Below are positions 1 to 10,000 of a stretch of 40,352 nucleotides of DNA, in pieces. The notes under the pieces are model-generated. The model searched no databases, was not told the DNA's origin, and was given only the letters and a program-made list of their open reading frames with translations. The stretch is from Salisapilia sapeloensis CBS 127946 (taxonomy: Eukaryota; Protista; Oomycota), in contig JAADVB010000174.1 of assembly GCA_023334545.1 (NCBI GenBank), positions 1 to 40,352 on the forward strand, read 5' to 3'. Numbering within the stretch: the first letter of the stretch is position 1; every line of letters starts with the position of its first letter. The translations under genes and the position numbers were made by a program.

Positions 1-76
1 CACTCAAGGGGAGGAGGGAGTAGGCAATCTGCCCAGCAGCGCCGGAGACGACGATCTTGAGCGGCGTGTTGGACAT
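1..76 (-). CDS. MDH1: Cytosolic-type malate dehydrogenase, 5' end (partial; runs off window)
   Basis: Minus strand from ATG at 76 reads MSNTPLKIVVSGAAGQIAYSLLPL. GAAGQIAYSL is the NAD-binding signature of cytosolic MDH. Codons are GC3-rich. Not in the ORF track. Confidence 0.88.
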   Translation of the reverse strand, partial: MSNTPLKIVVSGAAGQIAYSLLPLS

Positions 77-100
77 GTCGAACGAGGTGCTTGGTGGTCG

Positions 101-112
101 ATTCCGGAATGA
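101..112 (-). promoter_or_regulatory. Oomycete INR/FPR-like core promoter of MDH
   Basis: TCATTCCGGAAT on the minus strand about 25 nt upstream of the MDH ATG; resembles the oomycete TCATTYYNCAWTTT core element. Confidence 0.5.
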
Positions 113-748
113 GATACCGAGAGACTTCAAGTCGTCTCGGCGTTGCGTTTGCTGGCAATATACTGAGCGCACGTGGATGCGATCGCAGGTGCTAAAAAAT
201 AGTTTCAATGACGTAGCAGTGACGAGGCAGTGTCGATCTTTGTCAATAACGCAAGATCCACTTGCTTCAGACACAAGAGCCAGCGTTTCGCAGGTGCGTA
301 TCCCTGTGGATGTACACTTCAAGAGGATGTTTATCCTATCAGAAGCGACATAGATGAGGATACCACGGCAGATGATTCGGGTCTTGTAGAAGCAATCGAT
401 TGAAACTTCAGCTTCTTGATGAAATGCAGTGCACTTGATAGATAGACTCCATAGGTAGGAGGCGGTGGGTGGCGCCTAGAATCACGAACAGAGTCTATAC
501 TCCTCTCAACAGTAGTTCTGTAGCGACAGAGACGAAAGTATATGGATGGTACGGATGACAGTAGTGAGTGGTCTAGGTTACCAGTATACATTCTTCTATC
601 GTACGTCGCAACCGGAAAACTGTTGATGGAACGGTTGATCGATAAAAGTCTAGAGAAAAGAGTCTATTGCATCGATTGAAAGCCATGGATCGCATCGTTC
701 TACGAAAGCGAGTGCGTTTGTCGACAGTCGTTACGAGGCATAAATAGT

Positions 749-2593
749 CTAGTCCAACTTCGAGAGGCCGACTTGTGGACCCTTTGTGTCTGTTAATAAT
801 AAAAGCTTCTTGGTCGCTCGACGCAGATTATCTCGCTGTCGCTCCATCTGCTCTCTCTCACTCTCTACTCGCTCTCGACTCTTCTCACTATCTTCCTCTT
901 CCAAGCTCGATGGCGCCCACTCGAACGCCTTGGTCATGTCATGTAGATGTTTCTGAAGTGTTTGTCGTAGCTCTTGCTGAACAGACGGCTCGAGGACAGT
1001 CGCTGCCTTTTCCAGCGTCTGGAGCATCCCAAGAGCCTCGTCCATCTTGCTCTTGGAATCAGCAAACGAAGTGCATGTAGGTGGATAGATATCCTCCGAG
1101 ACGAGGAGACTCCAGGCGTCTCCTTTCGTTTCAGATAAGAGGTGAAGGGAGGAAGACAGGTGAGCTTGATGGAAGGCAAGGGCAAAGAGAGCTGCGTCAG
1201 TGGAAGACACTAGTGCAATGGACGGTAACAAGGCTTTCATCTTCGGTACACGAGAGGCATAGGAAGCAAAGGAGACGTCACACAGGGCACAGAGACTAAG
1301 GAGTCGAAGGAGACGTCGAAGCCACGGCACGTCCGTCGATTGCTCCGGTGGCAGATGAGAGAGAAGAGCACGAAGGATGCCGCTGTTGACAAGAATCTGG
1401 ACTGCCTTGTCTGGCCTAGGTAGGAGGAGGAGCATCGAGTAGCAGAGGTGGGCGACGACATGGATCCAGTCCCCCTTCTGGTTCTCTAGGGAAGAGAGGG
1501 CCTGGACGTCTTGTAAGAGGTCTGGCAAAAGGTTCTGGATGCAAGTGGCGAGGTCATGGCTGGATCTAGGTGCCTTTTGCATCTCGTTCGAGACGGATAT
1601 TTCTAAGAGGACGTGGTACAAGACATAGGTTGGGTCGTTTGGAGACGAGTGAACGAAGTGGAGGATGTCGACGAGACAAGGGAGGATAGATGTGGTGGAC
1701 GAAGGGTGTTGGAGCAGACGGTCTCGTAGGATATAGACGTACGTCGTCCATGCGTGGGCTAGATCCGAGTCAGACGTTCGGACTTGACGGATGGTATGAT
1801 GCAAAACGGACGTTAAGTCGTACTCTTGCCACTTTTGTAGTGACAGAGAAGAAAACGCGGATGAGTACGTGTGTTGCGATAGGAACAGGAGCTTTTCGTG
1901 GAGGGTGGAAGCAGATGGGAGTCCTTCGGGCGATATGGAAACGCCGGTTTGGTGCGTAGAGGGCTGTAGACTGCCTTCGTAGACTAGACTGAGGTCATCT
2001 GGGTCTTCGTCTTCTGCCAGTTTCTCCTCTTCTATCACTGTAGGTTCGTTCCCATGGACAATATCATCGTTATTTATCATGTCTGTCGGTGCATCCACGG
2101 GAATGGATAGCTTGGCGAACAATGCAGTGGTGATAGGGGCATGAGGGTTCTGGAGAGCATAGTGTACGGAAGATAGAAGGACGAGAGCTGCCAACATACT
2201 CGTCTGCTCTGATCCTCGCTCCTTGTCATTGAGGTAGGAGAGTCCTTGGACCATAGTGGACGTGACGCTGTATCGCTTGGCTTGTTCCACTCGATCGGAC
2301 TCTTCCACAGTCGTATCGACTAACATGGACTGATAGACATGCACGAGAGCCTGAGCTTGATGAGGTTGCAGCTGTGGAAAGTCGAACTGCAGGCAGTTGT
2401 ATGCAATGTCGGCATTATCCAAGTCGTTGGCACGTGCTTGTGCGACGGGTGGAAGGAATAGACCAGTGATCTCCTGTCCATCGTCTGGAGGGCTCACAGA
2501 GGAAGCATTCGGTGTGTTTTGTGCTTGCAGAGACGCATCGTTGTCTTCTAGAGCTGCGATCAAGTCCTGGATGAACTGGTCTCGATCCGACAT
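749..2593 (-). CDS. Hypothetical 614-aa protein, Leu-rich alpha-helical (ARM/solenoid-like) with acidic linker and C-terminal coiled coil
   Basis: Uninterrupted 1845-nt ORF with protein-like composition; no family motif recognised. Confidence 0.8.
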   Translation of the reverse strand: MSDRDQFIQDLIAALEDNDASLQAQNTPNASSVSPPDDGQEITGLFLPPVAQARANDLDNADIAYNCLQFDFPQLQPHQAQALVHVYQSMLVDTTVEESDRVEQAKRYSVTSTMVQGLSYLNDKERGSEQTSMLAALVLLSSVHYALQNPHAPITTALFAKLSIPVDAPTDMINNDDIVHGNEPTVIEEEKLAEDEDPDDLSLVYEGSLQPSTHQTGVSISPEGLPSASTLHEKLLFLSQHTYSSAFSSLSLQKWQEYDLTSVLHHTIRQVRTSDSDLAHAWTTYVYILRDRLLQHPSSTTSILPCLVDILHFVHSSPNDPTYVLYHVLLEISVSNEMQKAPRSSHDLATCIQNLLPDLLQDVQALSSLENQKGDWIHVVAHLCYSMLLLLPRPDKAVQILVNSGILRALLSHLPPEQSTDVPWLRRLLRLLSLCALCDVSFASYASRVPKMKALLPSIALVSSTDAALFALAFHQAHLSSSLHLLSETKGDAWSLLVSEDIYPPTCTSFADSKSKMDEALGMLQTLEKAATVLEPSVQQELRQTLQKHLHDMTKAFEWAPSSLEEEDSEKSRERVESEREQMERQRDNLRRATKKLLLLTDTKGPQVGLSKLD

Positions 2594-3041
2594 GGCGTTC
2601 GTGTCAAAAGGGATGGTTGGAAGTATACTGAATCCTAGTGAAAATGGGTATGGAGGACGATGGAGGACCTCTTCATTGGCGAGTACGTCGCGAGGTGTAT
2701 GATGCTTTGATATCTACGTAACAAGCGTGTATAGCAGAAGGAAGTCTACCAGTGCTACGTACTAGGTAGAGAGCTGTCTATTAGGGACTACAAGGCGTAG
2801 AGATGACATGACAAGCATGGACACATCCACGGACTATTTGCACCAAGAGAGGCGAGATGAGCGAAGCACTGTAGCATTGACTAGATAAATTTTCCGAACG
2901 AATACTTCGTAGCCATCCTCCTAGCACTCTTCTTCCTTGCGCCTGCGACTGAATAACGACATGCTAGTAACCCCGTCTTGAAGCTGTTGGTCATCTATCC
3001 GAAACGGCCACCGTCGCCTCACTTTCTCCTCGTCAAGCGTC

Positions 3042-3918
3042 ATGCTGCCTCCTCAGAACTCTCTCGTCAAGTATAACACGCCTGTGCTCGTGAGCTCGAC
3101 GAAAGACCGTGCTCAAAAGGACAGGCGTCCGCTCAAGTCGAATGTATCTGGAAACCAGTCGCAGGCGGCAGGCTCAACGTCTCCATCCAAGCCGACGCTC
3201 TTCACCGGCAGCAATACGCAGAGTGCGTCTCAAACAGAGGACATTCTCAACTCTATCCTACCGCCAAAGGAGTGGACTGAAGACGGTCAGCTGTGGGTCC
3301 AGTACGTTTCCAGCACCCCTGCGACTCGACTCGACGTCGTGAATCTGCAGGTACATCTATAGGAGATGTAGCGCGAGTTGTTGTAACGTAGGGATATGTA
3401 GGAGCAATTGGATCTAAAGCTACAGCAACGACAGGCACGAGAGACTGGTATTTGTCCCGTGCGAGAGGAGTTATATGCCCAATGCTTCGGTACGTCTACT
3501 CTACTCTAGTGTCTTTCCTAGTCTCAACGCCCGAGATGTAGACGAGTTGATCCGGCAGATCACGATCAACTGTGCCGAGCGAGGCCTGCTCCTGCTGCGT
3601 GTTCGAGACGAAGCACGCATGACGCTAGCGGCGTACCAGACGCTGTATGAGTCGAGCATTGCGTTCGGGATGCGCAAGGCTCTCGTAGCAGAGCAGACGC
3701 GGCTCGAAGCAGAGCAAATGAAGCGGACATTAGAAGCTGAAACGAAGGACCTATCGGCTCAGATCGAAGACTTGACGAGTCAATGCGACGCCGTGGCCCA
3801 GCTTGAAGACGAGCGAATGCTCGCGGACGAACGGCGGCACCAGGACGAAGTGGAGGCTCTGCGTAAGCTCAACGACCACATGCGCACTAGTCTCGAGAGT
3901 ATCCTAAGTAGCAAGTAA
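3042..3918 (+). CDS. DNALI1: Axonemal inner-arm dynein light intermediate chain p28, 257 aa
   Basis: join(3042..3350,3402..3489,3542..3918); introns 51 and 52 nt, GT-AG. Spliced product contains TEDILNSILPPKEWTEDGQLWVQYVSSTPATRLDVVNLQEQLDLKLQQRQARETGICPVREELYAQCFDELIRQITINCAERGLLLLRVRDE, the hallmark p28 sequence. Confidence 0.95.
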
Positions 3919-4004
3919 TAGAGGGTGCTGGTCTTGTTGCGACCTAGTTGAATCCATCTGTCTTCTGCGGCTGCGTACGTGGCGTGGCTGGCTGAGAACG
4001 TATC

Positions 4005-4020
4005 TGATTCTCCATTTGCC
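4005..4020 (+). promoter_or_regulatory. INR/FPR-like core promoter of LTA4H
   Basis: TGATTCTCCATTTGCC about 40 nt upstream of the ATG; near-identical to CCATTCTCCGATTTGCC upstream of the FYVE gene. Confidence 0.45.
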
Positions 4021-4058
4021 AATCTTCCTCGTCCGTCGATTCGCTACGTTATAAGACC

Positions 4059-6227
4059 ATGCCGTTCCCTACTTTAACAAACCACTCGTATGCAAATGTC
4101 CACGAGGTCAAGTACGACCACCTCCAGTGGAAGTTCATGGTCGACTTTGACGAGCACAAGCTCAAGGGCACGGCCGAGTACAAGTTCTCGTACTCGGGAA
4201 AAGAAGAACACCCGACGCTCGTGCTCGATACGAATCACTTGCACGTCGAAAACGTCTTTGTCGATGGCAAGAAGGCAGAATTTGAGCTGAAAGAGACGGG
4301 CGCCAACGCCGACTTTGGCCGGCCGCTCGTCGTGTCGATCAAGCCCACGTCCACCAAGATCAAGGTCGAGTACTTGACGACGGAGGAATCGAGCGGCCTG
4401 CAGTGGCTGCCAAAGGAGCTCACGGCCGACAAGACGCACCCGTACCTCTTCACCCAGTGCCAGGCCATCCACGCCCGGTCCATGATCCCGTGCCCCGACA
4501 CGCCTGGCGTCAAGATCCCGTACGACGCCGTCGCGTCCGTCCCGGACTGGTGCACCTGCCTTTTGTCTGCTCTGGCGCAGGACGACACGCCCAAGGCCAA
4601 CAAGGCCACGGCCAACGGGAACCGCAAGGTCAAGTTCCACCAGCCCGTGCCGATGCCGTCCTACCTCCTGGCCATCGTCGCCGGCCGTCTCGACAGCCAG
4701 GACCTCGGCCCTCGCTCCCGCGTCTGGAGCGAGCCGAGCGTCGTGGGCAAGGCTGCGTACGAGTTCGCCGAGACGGAGGAGCTCATGAAGCACGCCGAGG
4801 CCATCACGGGCCAGCAGTACGTCTGGGGACGCTACGACCTCGTCTGCCTCCCTCCATCCTTCCCGTACGGCGGCATGGAGAACCCGTGTCTGACGTTTGT
4901 GACGCCGACGCTCTTGGCTGGCGACCGCTCCCTCGCCAACGTCATTGCGCATGAGCTGGCCCACTCATGGACTGGCAACTTGATCACGAACCGGACGTGG
5001 AACGACTTTTGGCTCAACGAAGGATGGACGGTCTGGCTCGAGCGTCGCATTGGCGCTCGGATGGCGAGAGACCCGTTGATCTTTGACATGGAGGCTGCGC
5101 TGGGCAAGCGAGACTTGGTGGAGGCCGTGCGGGAGTTCGGCGAAGACCACGCGTACACCAAGCTAGTGCTCCAGTCGGACAATGTCGACCCGGACGACAC
5201 CTTCTCCTCTCTTCCGTACGAGAAGGGCTTCACCTTCCTGTGCTACCTGACGTCCGTCGTCGGTGGCCACGACAACTTTGAAGCCTTCTTCCGAGCCTAC
5301 GTCCAGCGCTTCAAGTTCCAGACGCTGACAGCGGAGGACTTCAAGGCCTTCTTCATGGACTACTTCACCAAGCAGATGGACATGGCGGCCGAGGTGAACA
5401 AGATCGACTGGGACGCGTGGTACTACTCGACCGGCATGCCTCCGCAGGAAGTCACGTTCGACACGAGCAAGACGGAGCAGGCCATGGCGCTGGCCAAGAA
5501 GATCGGGTCGACGCCGGACACGAGCGAGTGGGAGAAGATCGTCCAGTCCGAGTCGACTGGTTACAAGGCTGTTGTGTCCGAGGGCAGTCTCGAGGGATGG
5601 CCGACGGCGCTGTGGATCCTCTTGCTGGACACGATGCTGCTGCAGCAGTCGGAGGAAGGTGTCACGTTTGATGTCGAGCGTCTCGATGCGATCGACGAGT
5701 TCTGCCACCACAAGTTCACCACGACCAAGAACGCGGAGCTGAGGTACCGATGGTACACGCTCGGCCTGCGTTCCAAGGACACGCGCGTGGTGGAGCCGAC
5801 AGTAGCGTTCGTCAAGGAGCAGGCGCGTATGAAGTTCATCCGTCGACTCTATCGCGAACTCGCTCGTTGCCAGGGCGTCGAGTACACGCTCAAGGTCTTT
5901 AGCGAGAGCAAGAAGATGTACCATCCGATCGCGACCAAGATGATCGAGCGAGACATGGAAGAGGCCAAGAAGGCGGAAGCGAGTGGCAAGCCTGTGTTTG
6001 CGGGTGAGATCCGCCAGAAGGTCAAGCAAGAGGCGGAGCAAGTGCAGGAGAAGGTTGTGGAGCAAGTGCAAGAGGAAACGAAAAAGGTGGAACAAGTCAA
6101 GGAAAAGGTGGAGGAAAAGGTGCAAGACAAGGCGCCAAGCACGGACTATACTTTGGTGGCTGGTGCGGCCGTGGGTGCGCTCGCGGTCGGCGCGCTCGTG
6201 GTCTTTGCCTTGCGTCGTCGCGCGTAG
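4059..6227 (+). CDS. LTA4H: Leukotriene A4 hydrolase-like M1 zinc aminopeptidase with C-terminal stalk and tail anchor, 722 aa
   Basis: YLFTQCQAIHARS, PYGGMENP, HELAHSW...WLNEG (HEXXH-x18-E), PYEKG and RMKF motifs; single exon. Confidence 0.95.
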   Translation: MPFPTLTNHSYANVHEVKYDHLQWKFMVDFDEHKLKGTAEYKFSYSGKEEHPTLVLDTNHLHVENVFVDGKKAEFELKETGANADFGRPLVVSIKPTSTKIKVEYLTTEESSGLQWLPKELTADKTHPYLFTQCQAIHARSMIPCPDTPGVKIPYDAVASVPDWCTCLLSALAQDDTPKANKATANGNRKVKFHQPVPMPSYLLAIVAGRLDSQDLGPRSRVWSEPSVVGKAAYEFAETEELMKHAEAITGQQYVWGRYDLVCLPPSFPYGGMENPCLTFVTPTLLAGDRSLANVIAHELAHSWTGNLITNRTWNDFWLNEGWTVWLERRIGARMARDPLIFDMEAALGKRDLVEAVREFGEDHAYTKLVLQSDNVDPDDTFSSLPYEKGFTFLCYLTSVVGGHDNFEAFFRAYVQRFKFQTLTAEDFKAFFMDYFTKQMDMAAEVNKIDWDAWYYSTGMPPQEVTFDTSKTEQAMALAKKIGSTPDTSEWEKIVQSESTGYKAVVSEGSLEGWPTALWILLLDTMLLQQSEEGVTFDVERLDAIDEFCHHKFTTTKNAELRYRWYTLGLRSKDTRVVEPTVAFVKEQARMKFIRRLYRELARCQGVEYTLKVFSESKKMYHPIATKMIERDMEEAKKAEASGKPVFAGEIRQKVKQEAEQVQEKVVEQVQEETKKVEQVKEKVEEKVQDKAPSTDYTLVAGAAVGALAVGALVVFALRRRA

Positions 6228-6410
6228 GATGTAGCTCTCTAGGTTGGCCGTAGCTACAAGATAATCCCAACATATACTGGTGTTTTTGTGGGACGATTGG
6301 TTTGGTGTGGTTTGTCTCGAATTGAGCACTACATTTGGAACGACTGGCGCAGGAAGTTTTTGTATTTGTCCGAAAGACGTCACTTTCGCCCGTTAAGGAA
6401 ATCTACTACC

Positions 6411-6920
6411 ATGGTCAAGAACGTCCGCGTGACCTACCGCCGCCGCCACTCGTACAACACCGAGTCTAACCGCATTAAGGCGGTGAAGACCCCGGGTAGG
6501 TTTATTCACGAGCTTTGATGTATGCTTTTGAGACTCACTAGTCCGATATTAGGTGGCAAGCTTGTGGCGCAGTACCAGAAGAAGCGCGCTGCTGGCCCCA
6601 AGTGCGGAGACTGCCGTCAGTCGCTCAAGGGCGTACGTCTATCTTGCGTCTATTGATTTATAGAATGCATTGCTCACTCCTTCCTACGCTACAGATCAAG
6701 CACTTGCTGCCCAAGCACTACAAGAATGTGAGCAAGCGTCAGCGCACGGTCTCTCGCGCGTACGGCGGCTCCCGCTGCGCCCACTGCGTTCGTCAGAGGT
6801 TGGTCTATTCTCTTTACCCCTTTCGAACTATACGTATTCAACCTCCTGAATAGAATCGTTCGTGCCTTTTTGATCGAGGAGCAGAAGATCGTCAAGAAGG
6901 TCTTGGCGAAGAAGGCGTAA
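6411..6920 (+). CDS. RPL34: 60S ribosomal protein L34 (eL34), 111 aa
   Basis: join(6411..6495,6553..6632,6695..6798,6854..6920); introns 57, 62, 55 nt. Product [39 protein letters not shown]...CGDC...[38 protein letters not shown]. Confidence 0.97.
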
Positions 6921-7039
6921 GCCATCTCGTAGGTCATATTCCCTCGGGTCTCGGGCGAAAATACAAGACAAACTGTCTTTACAAGATTGCGTACTCGTTC
7001 GTTCATTCACTTGCAGATACAAATCGCTACCTGCTTACT

Positions 7040-10000
7040 CTACCAAAATGGACACCAGCCAATGTAGCACTGGCACAGATTCTCATGCGACGTCGCTTGG
7101 TGGATCAGTCGATCCACTTGTGCCGGGACGTCCAGTGGTTCCTTGTCCTTGTCAAAGTCTCGACCGGTCAGTTTCGCCTGCACGCGTCGGATCACCGCCA
7201 CAGCTCGTTCGTTTAGCGCTTCTCTCGGCGCCTCCGAGCCTTCCGGCCCGACCGCTTGCATCAGTTCTCTCTCGCGATGGCTACGTATCGCGTGGACACC
7301 AGACTTGGTCGGTGCGTCCTCATGCTGCGACATGGCATGCCGGAGACTGCCTTGCCCGACGCTCGAGAGACTAGCTGCCAGCGCAGACATTTCGTGGTGC
7401 AAGTTGGTCTGGGAGTGGTCCACCTCTTCCATCGGGACGTCCTCCTCCTCGTCTTCCGTATCCTTTGGCGCTCCATGCACCGGGATGGATTGACTCATAC
7501 TTCTCGGTCTAGCATTCGAGTTCGTCGGTCGAGGCGGCAGAGGTGGTCGAGGCGGCTTGGCTTCCTCCTTGCCTCTCTTCTCCTCTCTCGTCGGCATCGA
7601 TCGAGGGACGGCATCCGTCTCCTGCTCACTCTGTTTCGGAGGCAGCGTGATGCTGTCACTGCGTTTCGTCGGTCTCGGCTTCTCGTCCTTGACATCCGTT
7701 GGAGAGACACTCGTGGGTGTCAAGAGTCTCCATCGGATGAGCGGATCATGGACAAAGGCTTCGAGCATCGCCATTAGACTATGTCGATTCTCTCGAAGCA
7801 CTTGCATCACACGTTCACACGAGAATCGAAAGTTGCCTTCAATCCCGCTTGCTTCCATGGCCGATACGAGCATGCGCGTCAGTCGAAACGGGATCTTCTC
7901 CGGATACTTGTCTCGATGCATCGCGACTTCAAAGCAATCGCCAAAGTCAATGTGGACGATCGTACCGGAGAATCGATGGAGCATCAAGTTACTCGGATGT
8001 CGGTCGCCTAGACCGAGCATGTATCCGACCATACTCATGACCGCTAGAGACCGCGTGTACGTCGTCCGTCGATCGAGCCACACCTCGGAGTTCTGACTCT
8101 TGAGCCACAGGACGTTATACAGGTCTTGTCCAGCCGTGTTCTCTAGTGCGAATTCAAACACTTCGACCTTTTGCAGCAGCGTCAAGGCGTCATAGTGCGG
8201 CGCCATTTGCTGCATCAGCCGATGCTCAATGTTGAGCAGGACTTTCCGAGCTTCTCGATAGTCTCGAATGAGCTGGTGCAGCGTGTCGCAATGAGGCACC
8301 CATCCGATGATGCCGACATTGTGGCTGAGTGGGATGACCGGGAAGCGGTGGATCTTGAGCTCCTTCTTGGCTGTGCGCGGGTCGTTGATCAAGAGCGCGT
8401 TCACGAGACCAAAGAGCTGGGTCACGCGTTCGTCTTGCCGCAGGTCTTCATGGCCTTTGAGGAGGAACATGTAGTCGTAGCCATTGGACCCAGCCATCGT
8501 AATGCGTCTCGGACGTTGCTTGGATGCGATCACTTGGATGGTTGGGTGGAACTTGCGGATCGTGACGAGGTCATGGCCGGCTCGATACGTCCCGGGCACC
8601 GCGAGCGTCAGATTAGTCGCCTGGAGTAAGCTCGGAGACACGTACTGCAGCTCGAGCGTCGTGAGCTGCTGCAGCTGCTTGGTGATGCGACGGAAGACGT
8701 GATAGTATAGATCCCACGCTCGATTCAGCTGCGCTTCGTTCCTCGATCGATTCGCTAGGAACTCATGCAGGTAGTCTCCTGCCTCCCGAAGTTCCCGTCC
8801 GAAAGTCTGCTGGAACGAGTGTTCTCGCAACGTCTCCGGCCCTTGTTCCATCATGTCATGCAGCGGCAATAAGACGTCGACCATGGCATCGACGTCATGC
8901 TCTTCTCCAAAGTACAGTCTCGATGCTTCGTCGAGTCCTTCATGCCACATCTCGTGCCATAAGATTGCGACTCGAATGAGTTCTCGACTGACGAGGAGCG
9001 CTTGATCGACTAGTTCGACATAGTCTCTCCTCATGGCATTCATAATCGTTTCTGCAGCCTGCTGTCGTCCTTCTAAAGGACTCTTTAGCGCGACGGAGAG
9101 AGGGTAGATGAGTGCATGTGGATGATGGGCGCCAATGGCTGTGAGGAGCGTATGGAGCTGTTTTTGAATCGCAACGTTGGGCGTCTGGATCCGTGCGATG
9201 AGCTGCGGGATGACAATGAGCCACGTCTCGATACTGACGCTCTGGAAGCCTTCCGTCAATACTTGCTGCACATCCGGTCGATGGCCATGTGCGATCCAGA
9301 GCGTCAGTACGCGCAGGATGTCTTGCTGGACATTCGCAGCCCATCGGTTCCGACCTAACGCAATGGATCGGAAGAAGCCGTGCATGGCAGGAGCGATGAA
9401 CGGCGCGACGCCACTGGAGCGATTGGTCGAGGATAGCTGGAGGGACGCGCGAGGGTCCTTGTTGTAGTACTCGACCACGTGAAAGTTCATCAGGGCAAAG
9501 GCGTGCCAGGCCTTGTAGCTCCTCGGCTCGAGCTCCGTGCAGCTCTTGAGACTCGAGAGGATGTTCGGAACAGACACGCGTTCGAGCTGTTGTTCATGGA
9601 AAGCTAGCTGCCACTCGGCCATCTTGAGCTGACACTTGACCAGGAGCTCTGGTCGAGTCTCTTGGCTCTGTCGACGATAGACGCTCGAGACTTGCGACAG
9701 GAGTGACTGGAGCTCCGAGATCGCAAGGCTCTTGTCTCCGATGGCCCAGAGCTGCTTGAGATAGGCGAAGGCGACGCGATGGCGTTCCTGCTCGCCGTAC
9801 GTGATGATAGAAGGAGAGATGTTGCTACCAGAGATGAGGTCGGAGATCGGGACGGCGTGCGACGTCTCCTTCCCGCTCGTGACGCCGAGGGCGTGGGTGA
9901 AGACACGGAAGGAGAGCGCGAGGTTATCCGAGCGTCGGCATAGACTCGCGAACTCGAGCCACGTGTCGACGTCTTCTTGTGCCGGGAGGACGAGAGATCG

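Noticed and set aside
57-591. ORFs 57..353 (+) and 331..591 (-)
   Set aside because: They overlap the MDH start and promoter, show no recognisable motifs or codon bias, and are best read as intergenic or UTR sequence.
749-763. C-terminal SKLD of the 614-aa protein as a peroxisomal PTS1
   Set aside because: PTS1 must be the last three residues; here SKL is followed by Asp.
2950-2975. Half X-box (AGTAAC) upstream of DNALI1
   Set aside because: Only one half-site matches, and RFX factors are not known from stramenopiles.
4074-6383. Long antisense ORFs (4074..4964, 296 aa; 5163..6383, 406 aa) opposite LTA4H
   Set aside because: Shadow ORFs expected from GC3-rich codon usage on the sense strand; translations are low-complexity with no motifs.
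6496-6853. snoRNAs in RPL34 introns
   Set aside because: Introns are 55-62 nt, too short, and lack paired C/D or H/ACA boxes.
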